Source of the DNA: Waddliaceae bacterium
GTDB taxonomy: Bacteria > Chlamydiota > Chlamydiia > Chlamydiales > SLFE01
Direction: 5' to 3'
DNA length: 15,829 nt
NCBI GenBank assembly: GCA_963783885.1
Contig: CAWAPJ010000042.1
Coordinates: 1-15,829, forward strand
The notes under the pieces are model-generated. The model was not told where the DNA came from, ran no database searches, and saw nothing but the letters and a program-made list of their open reading frames with translations. The stretch's first letter is position 1. Each line of letters opens with the position of its first letter. This document shows, piece by piece, positions 1 to 8,943 of the stretch. The translations under genes and the position numbers were made by a program.

Positions 1-11
1 GCTACCTAAAC

Positions 12-128
12 TTGTTGTTAAAGTCTTTCGTTGGATTCAGATGCGTAGACTCGATTTGAAGGCAAGGGTAATCCCTTGCCGATAATCGAGGCTTAGCAGA
101 TGAATTCAATGAAAGATTTTAACGACAA
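12..128 (+). repeat. Long imperfect palindrome/hairpin element, copy A
   Basis: 12-39 pairs with 101-128 (24 Watson-Crick pairs + 4 G:T/U). CTCGATT 50-56 pairs with AATCGAG 84-90. The apical core is GGCAAGGG-TAAT-CCCTTGCC at 61-80. Confidence 0.9.
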
Positions 129-169
129 TAGTCTCTATGATACTTCCTTAGCCAAAAAAAGGGGGCATC

Positions 170-1009
170 ATGGAAACTTACGCAACAACAGTTTATGTCA
201 TCAGCGAAGAAATCCTTCGAATTTTGGGGATTAAAGACGATCCTCAATCTCAAATGTCCAACGCAGAAGTGATAACTTTTGCTATTTTATCAGCAAAATA
301 TTTTTCTTGTAACTATAAAATGTCCAGATATTTATGTAAAAGATTACGATTATTCAGAGCTATTTTAAGCAATAGCCGGCTAAATCGCCGAATTCATAAA
401 ATTCCTTGGATTTGTTGGAACGCCATTTTCCGTTTTTTAGCTCTATTTTTTAAGCAAATAAATAAAGATCAGGGTTTTGCTATAGACAGCTTTCCAGTTT
501 CATGTTGTCAGAAAAATAGAATCGATAAACGGAAGGTTTTTCTAGAACGAAGGTATTTAGGTTTCGCAGCTTCTAAAAAGCGTTACTTTTGCGGCATAAA
601 AGTTCATAGGATTGTGACGAGCGAAGGCAAGCCGGTTGAAGTTCTTTTCAAGCCAGGAGCAGTAAGCGATGTAAAGGTGCTCTGGGAAATGAAACTGGAC
701 ATTCCACCAGATTCTAAACTTTATGCAGATGGTGCGTATAATTGCTTTGATTTAGAAGACATCTTGAAAGAAGAACAAATTACATTGCTTGCAAAACGGG
801 GATGTAAAGCAAAGAATAGAGTCCGAACACCAATTGAAGAGAGGGAAATTAGCAGCAAGCGACAGATTGTCGAGACGACATTTAGCTGCATAACAAACCT
901 TTTCCAAAGAACTTTTAAGTTCTGCACTGAACAAGGCTTTTTGATAAAAGTATTCTGTGCAATTCTTGCCTATAGTGTTTCGTTTTTATGCAAAGGGGAG
1001 CTCAGCTAG
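170..1009 (+). CDS. IS982-family DDE transposase (279 aa)
   Basis: N-terminal MSNAEVITFA motif and a DDE-like triad in FAIDSFPV / YADGAY / RQIVETTF. Also GFAASKKRYFCGIKVH, and a purine-rich RBS AAGGGGG before the ATG. Confidence 0.9.
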   Translation: METYATTVYVISEEILRILGIKDDPQSQMSNAEVITFAILSAKYFSCNYKMSRYLCKRLRLFRAILSNSRLNRRIHKIPWICWNAIFRFLALFFKQINKDQGFAIDSFPVSCCQKNRIDKRKVFLERRYLGFAASKKRYFCGIKVHRIVTSEGKPVEVLFKPGAVSDVKVLWEMKLDIPPDSKLYADGAYNCFDLEDILKEEQITLLAKRGCKAKNRVRTPIEEREISSKRQIVETTFSCITNLFQRTFKFCTEQGFLIKVFCAILAYSVSFLCKGELS

Positions 1010-1112
1010 AGCTTACACGAGCACACCATCTACTGCCTGTAGCGCCTCGGCAAGGGATTACCCTTGCCGAGGCGCTACAGTTGTATCTGGCGCACTCGTG
1101 TAAGCTCTAGCT
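1004..1112 (-). repeat. Long palindrome/hairpin element, copy B (possible CTAG/TA-flanked MITE)
   Basis: Perfect 18-bp outer IR (1004-1021 / 1095-1112) and perfect 20-bp inner stem (1037-1056 / 1061-1080) with a 4-nt loop. The 20-nt core is the reverse complement of 61-80. CTAG occurs at 1006-1009 and 1107-1110. Confidence 0.9.
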
Positions 1113-1117
1113 AAGGT

Positions 1118-1366
1118 TTAGGTAGCAATCAGGGTCTGAGGAATGACCTGAAAGCTCTTTTGTTCCAAGGCTCTAACGGCCTTATCCCAATCCGAGCATT
1201 GGAAATACATTTTTCCCTTTTCAACGATCAAGTAAAAAATAACCCCGATCCGCTCAAATATGCCGGAAGGCTGCATGGAATGATTGATAACGCAATTTCT
1301 TACGGACTTTTCCTGGAGCTCATCCAGATTGCATATTCTGACAGTCAAGTCAGTCACACTATTCAT
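1118..1366 (-). pseudogene. 5' fragment of a hypothetical gene truncated by the IS982 insertion
   Basis: Strong SD GGAGGT (1372-1377) lies 5 nt before the ATG at 1366. The last codons (T-L-I-A-T-stop, ACC CTG ATT GCT ACC TAA) are entirely IS right-IR sequence, 1118-1135. Confidence 0.7.
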
Positions 1367-1421
1367 ATATAACCTCCGGTTATTATTATCATAATGTTAA
1401 TAACTAAAAATTAATGAATAA

Positions 1422-2642
1422 TTAAGAGAATATAATTTTTCTATAAATCATAAAAAGAAACATCATTAGGAAAAGGTTGAGTACTCCTATCGTTAAAAAG
1501 CTTGTTGCCGGGGAGAGTTCTAAAAAGGAATTGAGAAAATAAAGGGTAAAAGAGGCAAGCAGCGCGAACGAAAAGCTCAAAAAATTGGCTGTTCCGAAAT
1601 TACGGCCGTGGTCTTTTTCCGGGGTTGCAGCTAAAATGTATGCTTGAGCCGGAACAATAAAAATCCCGCCAAAAAATCCCAGAATGAACATCCAGATGAT
1701 AATCAGCCACCAGGGAGAATAGAACCAATTGAGGCAAAATAAGGAAAGCGATAAGCCTGCTCCCGCTAGCGGGATTAAACCGAGCCTGATCACGCTTTGG
1801 GAAATCCGGTCGGTCATATAGGCTCCAAAGCCAAGCCCAAAGGCTGTAAGCAGGAAAAAATAGCCGCCGTCGACGTAGGTCATTTTCAGTACGTCTATGG
1901 CATAGGGAATGATATTCAGTTGGACAAACGCTCCAATGAAAAGCGAATAGGCATAGACCATCAAGGTGCTGAAGAGATAAGGGATAGACCAAGCCTGTTT
2001 CAGAGATTCCCATAGTTCTCTAAAGAAAAAAAGCCGAAATTTTTTATTGATATTGCCAACAGGAGTTTGGGGAAGCAGCAAGCTCAAGAGAAACCCGGTC
2101 AAAGCTAATGCGACACTGACAAGCAGGGCGTAAACATAGCGGTTGCCGGTTGCCCAAACCGTAAAGGAGGCCAGAGAAGTTCCGATGATGATTCCTAGAA
2201 AGGTGAGGGCGGCGACAAGGCTATTGGCCCAAAGGAGCTGGCCCGGTTTGATGAGTTCGGGTATGAGTCCATATTTTGAAGGGCCGAAAATAGCCCCGAG
2301 TGTAGCCATAAGAAAGAGAATCACATAGGCGCTGCTTCGTATATGGTAGCCGAATAAAAACAAGGCAACAATCAGGCATATGAGCTCAAGAAACCTTGTG
2401 ATGATTACAATCTTGTTTTTGGGCCATTTGTCTGCGAGGATACCTCCCGCATTGGAAAAAAGGAGAAACGGTATGAGAAAAATTGCCCCTACAGTTGCCA
2501 TAATCGTATTGGTGCTTTTCTCTCCCAATTCATAAATTAGAAAATAGGCTGCCAGGAATTTATAGACGTTTTCATTGATAGCAGCCAGAAATTGGATGAT
2601 ATTGAACAAGCCAAAGGACGAAATGGCTACCTTATTTGTCAT
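1422..2642 (-). CDS. MFS transporter, LplT/Aas-MFS-like lysophospholipid transporter (406 aa)
   Basis: About 12 hydrophobic segments and MFS motif A GGILADKWPK. QFLAAINENVYK and FGPSKYGLIPE resemble the Aas/LplT MFS domain. Confidence 0.8.
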   Translation of the reverse strand: MTNKVAISSFGLFNIIQFLAAINENVYKFLAAYFLIYELGEKSTNTIMATVGAIFLIPFLLFSNAGGILADKWPKNKIVIITRFLELICLIVALFLFGYHIRSSAYVILFLMATLGAIFGPSKYGLIPELIKPGQLLWANSLVAALTFLGIIIGTSLASFTVWATGNRYVYALLVSVALALTGFLLSLLLPQTPVGNINKKFRLFFFRELWESLKQAWSIPYLFSTLMVYAYSLFIGAFVQLNIIPYAIDVLKMTYVDGGYFFLLTAFGLGFGAYMTDRISQSVIRLGLIPLAGAGLSLSLFCLNWFYSPWWLIIIWMFILGFFGGIFIVPAQAYILAATPEKDHGRNFGTANFLSFSFALLASFTLYFLNSFLELSPATSFLTIGVLNLFLMMFLFMIYRKIIFS

Positions 2643-3256
2643 GATTTTTTTGGTTTAGCAGAATTTGCTGATTTAAGAAAGGTGGCGGAGAGAAAGTCCA
2701 ATAAATCCTCAAGGGCTACGGGTTTTCCCTGATTGATGTTTTTGAGTTCAATTGTTGGTATTTTGCTTTCAATTAATGATCCCTTGCCGAGCGGGTTGTC
2801 TATTTTCACGACAATATTTGTCGCGGTAATTTCTTTGACAACAAATCTTTGGGATTTTGCGGGGGCTTTGTCTTGGAATTTGATATTTTCCTTTTTAAAA
2901 AAATCGGCGGTTTTCACCAAAAGTCCGAGAGGGTTAACTTTGATATTGCCCGGTTTTGATATAACGCTGACATCTTTCATTTCCAGCCTATCGACAATAA
3001 TAGGGTTATCAAAGAAGCCAAAAAAAGGGGTTTTTAATGATAGCCGGTCAATGGTGATAGTCGTTTCTACTTCCGGAAGATGAAAGACGGCTCCCTTTAT
3101 TCTGACACCCCAGGGCGAGGGATCGAATTGCTCCAAAACGACATTGAGACCCAGCTTTTGGCTCATCAAATGAGAGGCGATATTGGCTCTGAAAACCCAT
3201 AGCAGTCCGAGAGCTATGATGATAATAATGAAGAGTGTCCCAAAGAATTTTTTCAT
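2639..3256 (-). CDS. Membrane-anchored hypothetical protein, AsmA/DUF748-like N-terminus (205 aa)
   Basis: MKK followed by a single N-terminal TM helix, then a beta-rich pattern (LMSQKLGLNVVL...IIVDRLEMKDV). Its stop overlaps the MFS start (ATGA at 2639-2642). Confidence 0.6.
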   Translation of the reverse strand: MKKFFGTLFIIIIIALGLLWVFRANIASHLMSQKLGLNVVLEQFDPSPWGVRIKGAVFHLPEVETTITIDRLSLKTPFFGFFDNPIIVDRLEMKDVSVISKPGNIKVNPLGLLVKTADFFKKENIKFQDKAPAKSQRFVVKEITATNIVVKIDNPLGKGSLIESKIPTIELKNINQGKPVALEDLLDFLSATFLKSANSAKPKKS

Positions 3257-3365
3257 TAAGCTTTACCCCTTTAAACAAAACTTTATCACGTGAATTCGAA
3301 GTCAAGCAAGAAGAAAAGTGGAAGGAATGAAACTTGAGAGTCGTATTATGTCAAGGAAGGGGGAC

Positions 3366-3393
3366 AAAAAAACGCCTGCCGTTTTGGCAGGCG
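3366..3393 (-). terminator. Rho-independent terminator of groES-groEL
   Basis: Minus strand reads CGCCTGCC-AAAAC-GGCAGGCG followed by T7, 16 nt after the groEL stop. Confidence 0.85.
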
Positions 3394-3409
3394 CTCCTTT
3401 TGGCATGGA

Positions 3410-5050
<1,641 letters not shown>

Positions 5051-5374
5051 TTATTCTTCAACGATAGCAATAATGTCGTCAGCGCGGACGATGACATACT
5101 CTTCGTCTTCCAAAGTGACATCCGTACCCGAGTACTTGTCCATTAAGACCAGGTCTCCGACTTTTACAGGAACAGCAATGATTTTGCCGTCTTTATCTTT
5201 CTTGCCTTCGCCAACGGCTAATACTTTTGCAGTTTCTTGTTTCTTTTTTGCGGAGTCCGGAAGGATAATTCCGCCTTTCAGGGTCTCTTCGGCTTCTAAT
5301 CTCTTGACCAATACGCGGTTTCCAAGAGGCTTTAGGCCGGGAGCTTTTGTCTTTGTTTTTTCTTCTGTTGCCAT
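5051..5374 (-). CDS. groES: Co-chaperonin GroES (107 aa; second ATG preferred)
   Basis: LKPLGNRVLV and GGIILPDSAK motifs. SD AGGAG is 7 nt from ATG 5374 but only 1 nt from ATG 5380. Confidence 0.97.
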   Translation of the reverse strand: MATEEKTKTKAPGLKPLGNRVLVKRLEAEETLKGGIILPDSAKKKQETAKVLAVGEGKKDKDGKIIAVPVKVGDLVLMDKYSGTDVTLEDEEYVIVRADDIIAIVEE

Positions 5375-5418
5375 AGTCATACTCCTAAAATTAAGAAGTT
5401 TAAGTTGATGTATTTATA

Positions 5419-5448
5419 CTTATATCTCTTAAGTCGATTTTAAGGCAA
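5419..5448 (-). promoter_or_regulatory. Putative sigma66/sigma70 promoter of groESL
   Basis: TTGCCT (5448-5443) - N18 - TATAAG (5424-5419), immediately downstream of the CIRCE. Confidence 0.45.
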
Positions 5449-5455
5449 GAAAAAT

Positions 5456-5482
5456 CTAGCAGTTGTTAAACAAGGGTGCTAA
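5456..5482 (-). promoter_or_regulatory. CIRCE element (HrcA operator)
   Basis: TTAGCACCC-N9-AACTGCTAG versus consensus TTAGCACTC-N9-GAGTGCTAA (8/9 and 6/9), with the exact 9-nt spacer, directly upstream of groES. Confidence 0.85.
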
Positions 5483-7268
5483 GTTTGTCGACAAGTGCTT
5501 CAAATAGAGAGATTGCCGATTCGATAGGACGGGGGGTCTCCATATCGACGCCGGCAATTTTTAAGGCGTCTATTGGATAGCAGCTGCTGCCGGATTTTAA
5601 AAAATTGAGATAATCCTGCCGCTCCTTATCTCCGCCGGATGTCACTCGGTCTGCAAGCGCAAGGGCGGCGCTTATGCCGGTGGCATATTGGTAAACGTAA
5701 AAATTGTAATAAAAGTGGGGAATCCGGGCCCATTCGATTATACCGGGATCATCGAGGACAACTTCGGGGCCGAAATATTTTTGGTTTAGCTTACGATACT
5801 CTTCTGAGAGGAGTGAGGGAGTTAAAGGGGTATAATTTTCGGCAAGGTCATGGATGATCAGTTCGAATTCGGCAAACATCGTCTGGCGGAACAACGTCGA
5901 ACGGATGTCTTCGAGCTTTTGGTTGATAAGAAATATTTGTGAGTCTTTATCGGTCAATTTTTTCATCAGATATTTCATGAGGAGCTCTTCATTGAAAGTC
6001 GAGGCTACCTCGGCGACGAAGATGGAGTAGTCGGAATAGTGGTAAGGCTGGGATTTACGGCTGTAGTAGCTGTGCATGCTGTGTCCGGCTTCATGGGCAA
6101 GGGTAAAGACATCGCGCAATAAATTTTTATAGTTCATCAGAATATAGGGCATGCTGTCGTAGCATCCGCTCGAATAAGCGCCGGAACGTTTGTTTTTGTT
6201 CTCAAAGCGGTCGACCCAGCGGTGGACTTTCAAGCCTTGCGATAAAATTTGGCGATACTCCTCGCCTAAAGGGAGGACCGATTCCGATACGGCATCGACA
6301 GCTTCGTCATAAGAAAATGTGATGTCGATGCTTTCGATCAAGGGAACATAAATGTCGTAGAGATGAAGGTCTTTAAGTTTTAAGGTCCTTTTTTTAAGAG
6401 CCATGTACTTGTGGAGAGAGTCCAAATGATCATTAACGGTTTTGATAAGATTTTGGTAGACACGGACAGGGATATTTTGCGGCGTGAGCGCGGCCTCGAG
6501 GCAGCTTCCGTATTTTCTGCAGCGGGAATTAAAGAGGTTTTTTTGCACTTGTCCTGTCAATAGTTCGCTTATTGTGTTTTGATAATCGTTATATTTTGCG
6601 CAGTAGGTATCGAAGGTATTTTTTCTGAGCGCTCTGTCTTTGTCTCTGATATACACCATATAGGTGCCATGCGAGAGAGGACGCTCCTCTCCTAGGGAAT
6701 CTTTTACTGTGCCGAATGTAAAATCGGCATCGTTGATGGCGGAAAAGGCTTTATGCGGCGTCTGAAGCGCTTGCCCGGCTTGGGCCATAATCATTTCTTC
6801 TTGTGCCGGCAGGGTATGTTTCCGAACGATGAGAATCGACTCTAAATAATGACGGTAATCTTTTAAAGCCTTGCTTGAAAGACAGTCTTGGATGACGGTT
6901 TCAGGAAGGGCTAGCATTTCAGGTTGAAACCAGGCCGTTTCCTGTTGGAATTGATGAAGCGCTGTTGTGATTCTGGCAAATGCTGTTTTATATTCGTTAT
7001 GGGTGATGTCTTCGTCGTGGCGCAAGTGCGCCCAGGTATAAAGCGCTGATAATTTTCTGTGAATGTTTAGAATTTCTTCTAAAGCGGATTTCAAAGTTTC
7101 AGGATTCTCTCCGAGTTTCCCTTTGTACTTCGCAAGACCGGGCCAGTGGGGCGGCGTTGCGTTGTCAATTGCGTCAACAAAGTGTTCGTTCCAGTTTTTG
7201 AGATCGGGAAACAGGGCTTCAACATTCCATGTTTCTTCAGGTAAAACTTCACTTCTGGCTTTTATCAT
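5466..7268 (-). CDS. pepF: Oligoendopeptidase F (M3B metallopeptidase, about 600 aa)
   Basis: HEAGH zinc motif (TLAHEAGHSMHS), KRSGAYS, FVAEVASTFNE and WARIPHFYYNFYVYQYATG. Start placed at MIKARSEV; the ORF track extends to 7310. Confidence 0.95.
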   Translation of the reverse strand: MIKARSEVLPEETWNVEALFPDLKNWNEHFVDAIDNATPPHWPGLAKYKGKLGENPETLKSALEEILNIHRKLSALYTWAHLRHDEDITHNEYKTAFARITTALHQFQQETAWFQPEMLALPETVIQDCLSSKALKDYRHYLESILIVRKHTLPAQEEMIMAQAGQALQTPHKAFSAINDADFTFGTVKDSLGEERPLSHGTYMVYIRDKDRALRKNTFDTYCAKYNDYQNTISELLTGQVQKNLFNSRCRKYGSCLEAALTPQNIPVRVYQNLIKTVNDHLDSLHKYMALKKRTLKLKDLHLYDIYVPLIESIDITFSYDEAVDAVSESVLPLGEEYRQILSQGLKVHRWVDRFENKNKRSGAYSSGCYDSMPYILMNYKNLLRDVFTLAHEAGHSMHSYYSRKSQPYHYSDYSIFVAEVASTFNEELLMKYLMKKLTDKDSQIFLINQKLEDIRSTLFRQTMFAEFELIIHDLAENYTPLTPSLLSEEYRKLNQKYFGPEVVLDDPGIIEWARIPHFYYNFYVYQYATGISAALALADRVTSGGDKERQDYLNFLKSGSSCYPIDALKIAGVDMETPRPIESAISLFEALVDKLSTLV

Positions 7269-7533
7269 AGGAACCAGTGTACACGTTATTGCTTCAAGGA
7301 TCAACATCAAAGTGCAACATTCTAATCGTTAGATATATAAAATTTTCTTGTAAATAAAAACCAATTGTTATTCGATGCAATTAGACATTAATCACGATCT
7401 TTTTATACCCAGTTTGGGACTCAAAACTCAAATAGTCTGAATCAATCAATTTATTCATTGTGGCTCAAATTTGTTAAACAACACTGTTTAATGAACTTGA
7501 GTGACAATATGCAAAAGAGCAAGGAGAGTCTAT

Positions 7534-8334
7534 ATGAAGTCTCTATTGAGAAAACTGTGGGTGCTGCCCCTCTTCGGATTGATATTTTTCTGGGGAGTCA
7601 GCATGATCGGTATGCCTTCAAACGCCAGCTTGTCTGGCAACAGCTTGATCGCGGCCTCGCAAATAAGCCCGATTAAGAACCTTTATCATGATCAGGATGA
7701 ATCAATTGTCACAATACGAGGAAAAGTCTCAAAATTTAAAGAACATGAAAAGCTAGTCATCGATGATGGTACCGACCAAATCAATGTTGAGTATCAAAAT
7801 AAATATAAGCCTCTGAAACTAAATGTAGGAGAGCTGGTTACAGTGTCAGGGGAGCTGAATGCTCATAGCAATAACCATCGTGAGATTATTGCGAAAGAAA
7901 TCTGGAGCGGCAGGCGCCTTGTGTATCCTCAGTCTGATTATGCTACAAGAGTCATTGCTTCAAATCAGAATCAAACCCGTTTTGCTGACGAAGATCAAAA
8001 TCAAAGTCAAAGCCAAAACGGTCAAAACGACCAGAATGGTGAGAAAGGGCAAAATGGTAAAAACGGCCAAATTATTCCGATTGCAGAGATTTTCAAAAAT
8101 GCAAGAACCGGCCAACAAGTATCAGTTGAGGGCGAAGTAATTGAATTGCCCGAAGAGCAAATGATCATTCTAAGAGATGCCTCCGGCGATATCATGGTTG
8201 ATATCGATGATGCGCAAAAAACCCTTCATCTGAAAAAGGGCGACCTCATCAATATCCAAGCAAATGTTACCAATGGATTTGATGGTAAAAAGGAGCTTGA
8301 GGCAACCAGAATCGAAAAGAAAAAATCTCATTAA
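7534..8334 (+). CDS. Exported protein with two bacterial OB-fold (YgiW/YdeI-like) domains (266 aa)
   Basis: SD AAGGAG before ATG 7534 and an N-terminal signal/TM segment. Two similar units (VTIRGKV...IDDGTDQINVE...GELVTVSGEL and VSVEGEV...LRDASGDIMVD...GDLINIQANV) are joined by a Q/N/G-rich linker. Confidence 0.75.
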   Translation: MKSLLRKLWVLPLFGLIFFWGVSMIGMPSNASLSGNSLIAASQISPIKNLYHDQDESIVTIRGKVSKFKEHEKLVIDDGTDQINVEYQNKYKPLKLNVGELVTVSGELNAHSNNHREIIAKEIWSGRRLVYPQSDYATRVIASNQNQTRFADEDQNQSQSQNGQNDQNGEKGQNGKNGQIIPIAEIFKNARTGQQVSVEGEVIELPEEQMIILRDASGDIMVDIDDAQKTLHLKKGDLINIQANVTNGFDGKKELEATRIEKKKSH

Positions 8335-8341
8335 TCATTTT

Positions 8342-8379
8342 TGATAAGAGCGCAGGATTTCATTCCTGCGCTTTTATCA
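8342..8379. terminator. Hairpin terminator between the convergent OB-fold gene and grxD
   Basis: 16-bp stem 8342-8357 / 8364-8379 (15 Watson-Crick + 1 G:T) with a 6-nt loop. The GC core is followed by TTTTAT on the + strand. Confidence 0.7.
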
Positions 8380-8683
8380 GCTTTTCCAATTCGCCGTTTT
8401 CGGCAAGTTCAATGACGATATCGCAACCCCCGATGAATTCTCCATTAATAAAGAGCTGGGGAATCGTGGGCCAGCCGGTGTAATCTTTGATTCCCTGTCT
8501 TAACCGCTCAGACTGAAGAACATCGTGAGCGACAAACTCAACGTCTAGGGTGCTGAGGATCGAAACCACGCGTCCCGAGAAGCCGCACTGCGGAAACAGT
8601 TTAGATCCTTTCATGAAAAGCACTATAGGATTAGATTTCACCTCATGCTCAATGAATTTCTGTATGTCTTGATTATCAGTCAT
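8360..8683 (-). CDS. grxD: Monothiol glutaredoxin Grx4 (CGFS type, 107 aa)
   Basis: VLFMKG...PQCGFS, WPTIPQLFINGEFIGGCDI. The start at 8683 overlaps the bolA stop (ATGA), with GAGAGGA upstream. Confidence 0.95.
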   Translation of the reverse strand: MTDNQDIQKFIEHEVKSNPIVLFMKGSKLFPQCGFSGRVVSILSTLDVEFVAHDVLQSERLRQGIKDYTGWPTIPQLFINGEFIGGCDIVIELAENGELEKLIKAQE

Positions 8684-8943
8684 AAATCCTCTCGTGATTT
8701 TTGTTTCCACTGTTCGGGGGTATACGTCTTTACTGAAAGCGCATGGAGAGCCCCTTTAAAGTGTTCGTTTAACGGCTTCATAACCATCATATGCTGCTTG
8801 ATTAGGGGTTTGTCGATAAATAAGGGGGAGATCACAATGGCCTCGAGATGCGTCTCATCATTCATAGGGTCCAAAATATGGATTTGAGAATCGGGAAGGG
8901 CTTCGGATAGCGTTTCTTTAATCTCAGTTACAATTGACATCAT
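8680..8943 (-). CDS. BolA/IbaG family protein (about 87 aa)
   Basis: HLEAIVISPLF...LIKQHMMV...LHALSVKTYTP. Adjacent to grxD; start is ATG 8943 or 8940. Confidence 0.92.
   Translation of the reverse strand: MMSIVTEIKETLSEALPDSQIHILDPMNDETHLEAIVISPLFIDKPLIKQHMMVMKPLNEHFKGALHALSVKTYTPEQWKQKSREDL

Larger units (their letters stand above)
1..1135 (+). mobile_element. IS982-family insertion sequence (left IR truncated by about 9 bp at the window edge)
   Basis: Positions 1-11 (GCTACCTAAAC) are the exact reverse complement of 1116-1126. The right IR 1116-1135 reads ACCCTGATTGCTACCTAAAC on the minus strand, with an ACCC terminus as in IS982-family IRs. The IRs enclose a single DDE transposase ORF. 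Confidence 0.85.

Noticed and set aside
61..1080. Repeated palindromic 20-mer as a possible CRISPR repeat
   Set aside because: Only two copies, inverted and about 1 kb apart, with no spacers and no cas genes.
1160..1372. 70-aa + strand ORF
   Set aside because: Non-ATG start and no SD. The opposite-strand ORF has a strong SD and a clear IS junction.
2779..2791. ATCCCTTGCCGAG, matching one arm of the hairpin core
   Set aside because: It lies within a coding region and has no partner arm, so it is most likely chance.
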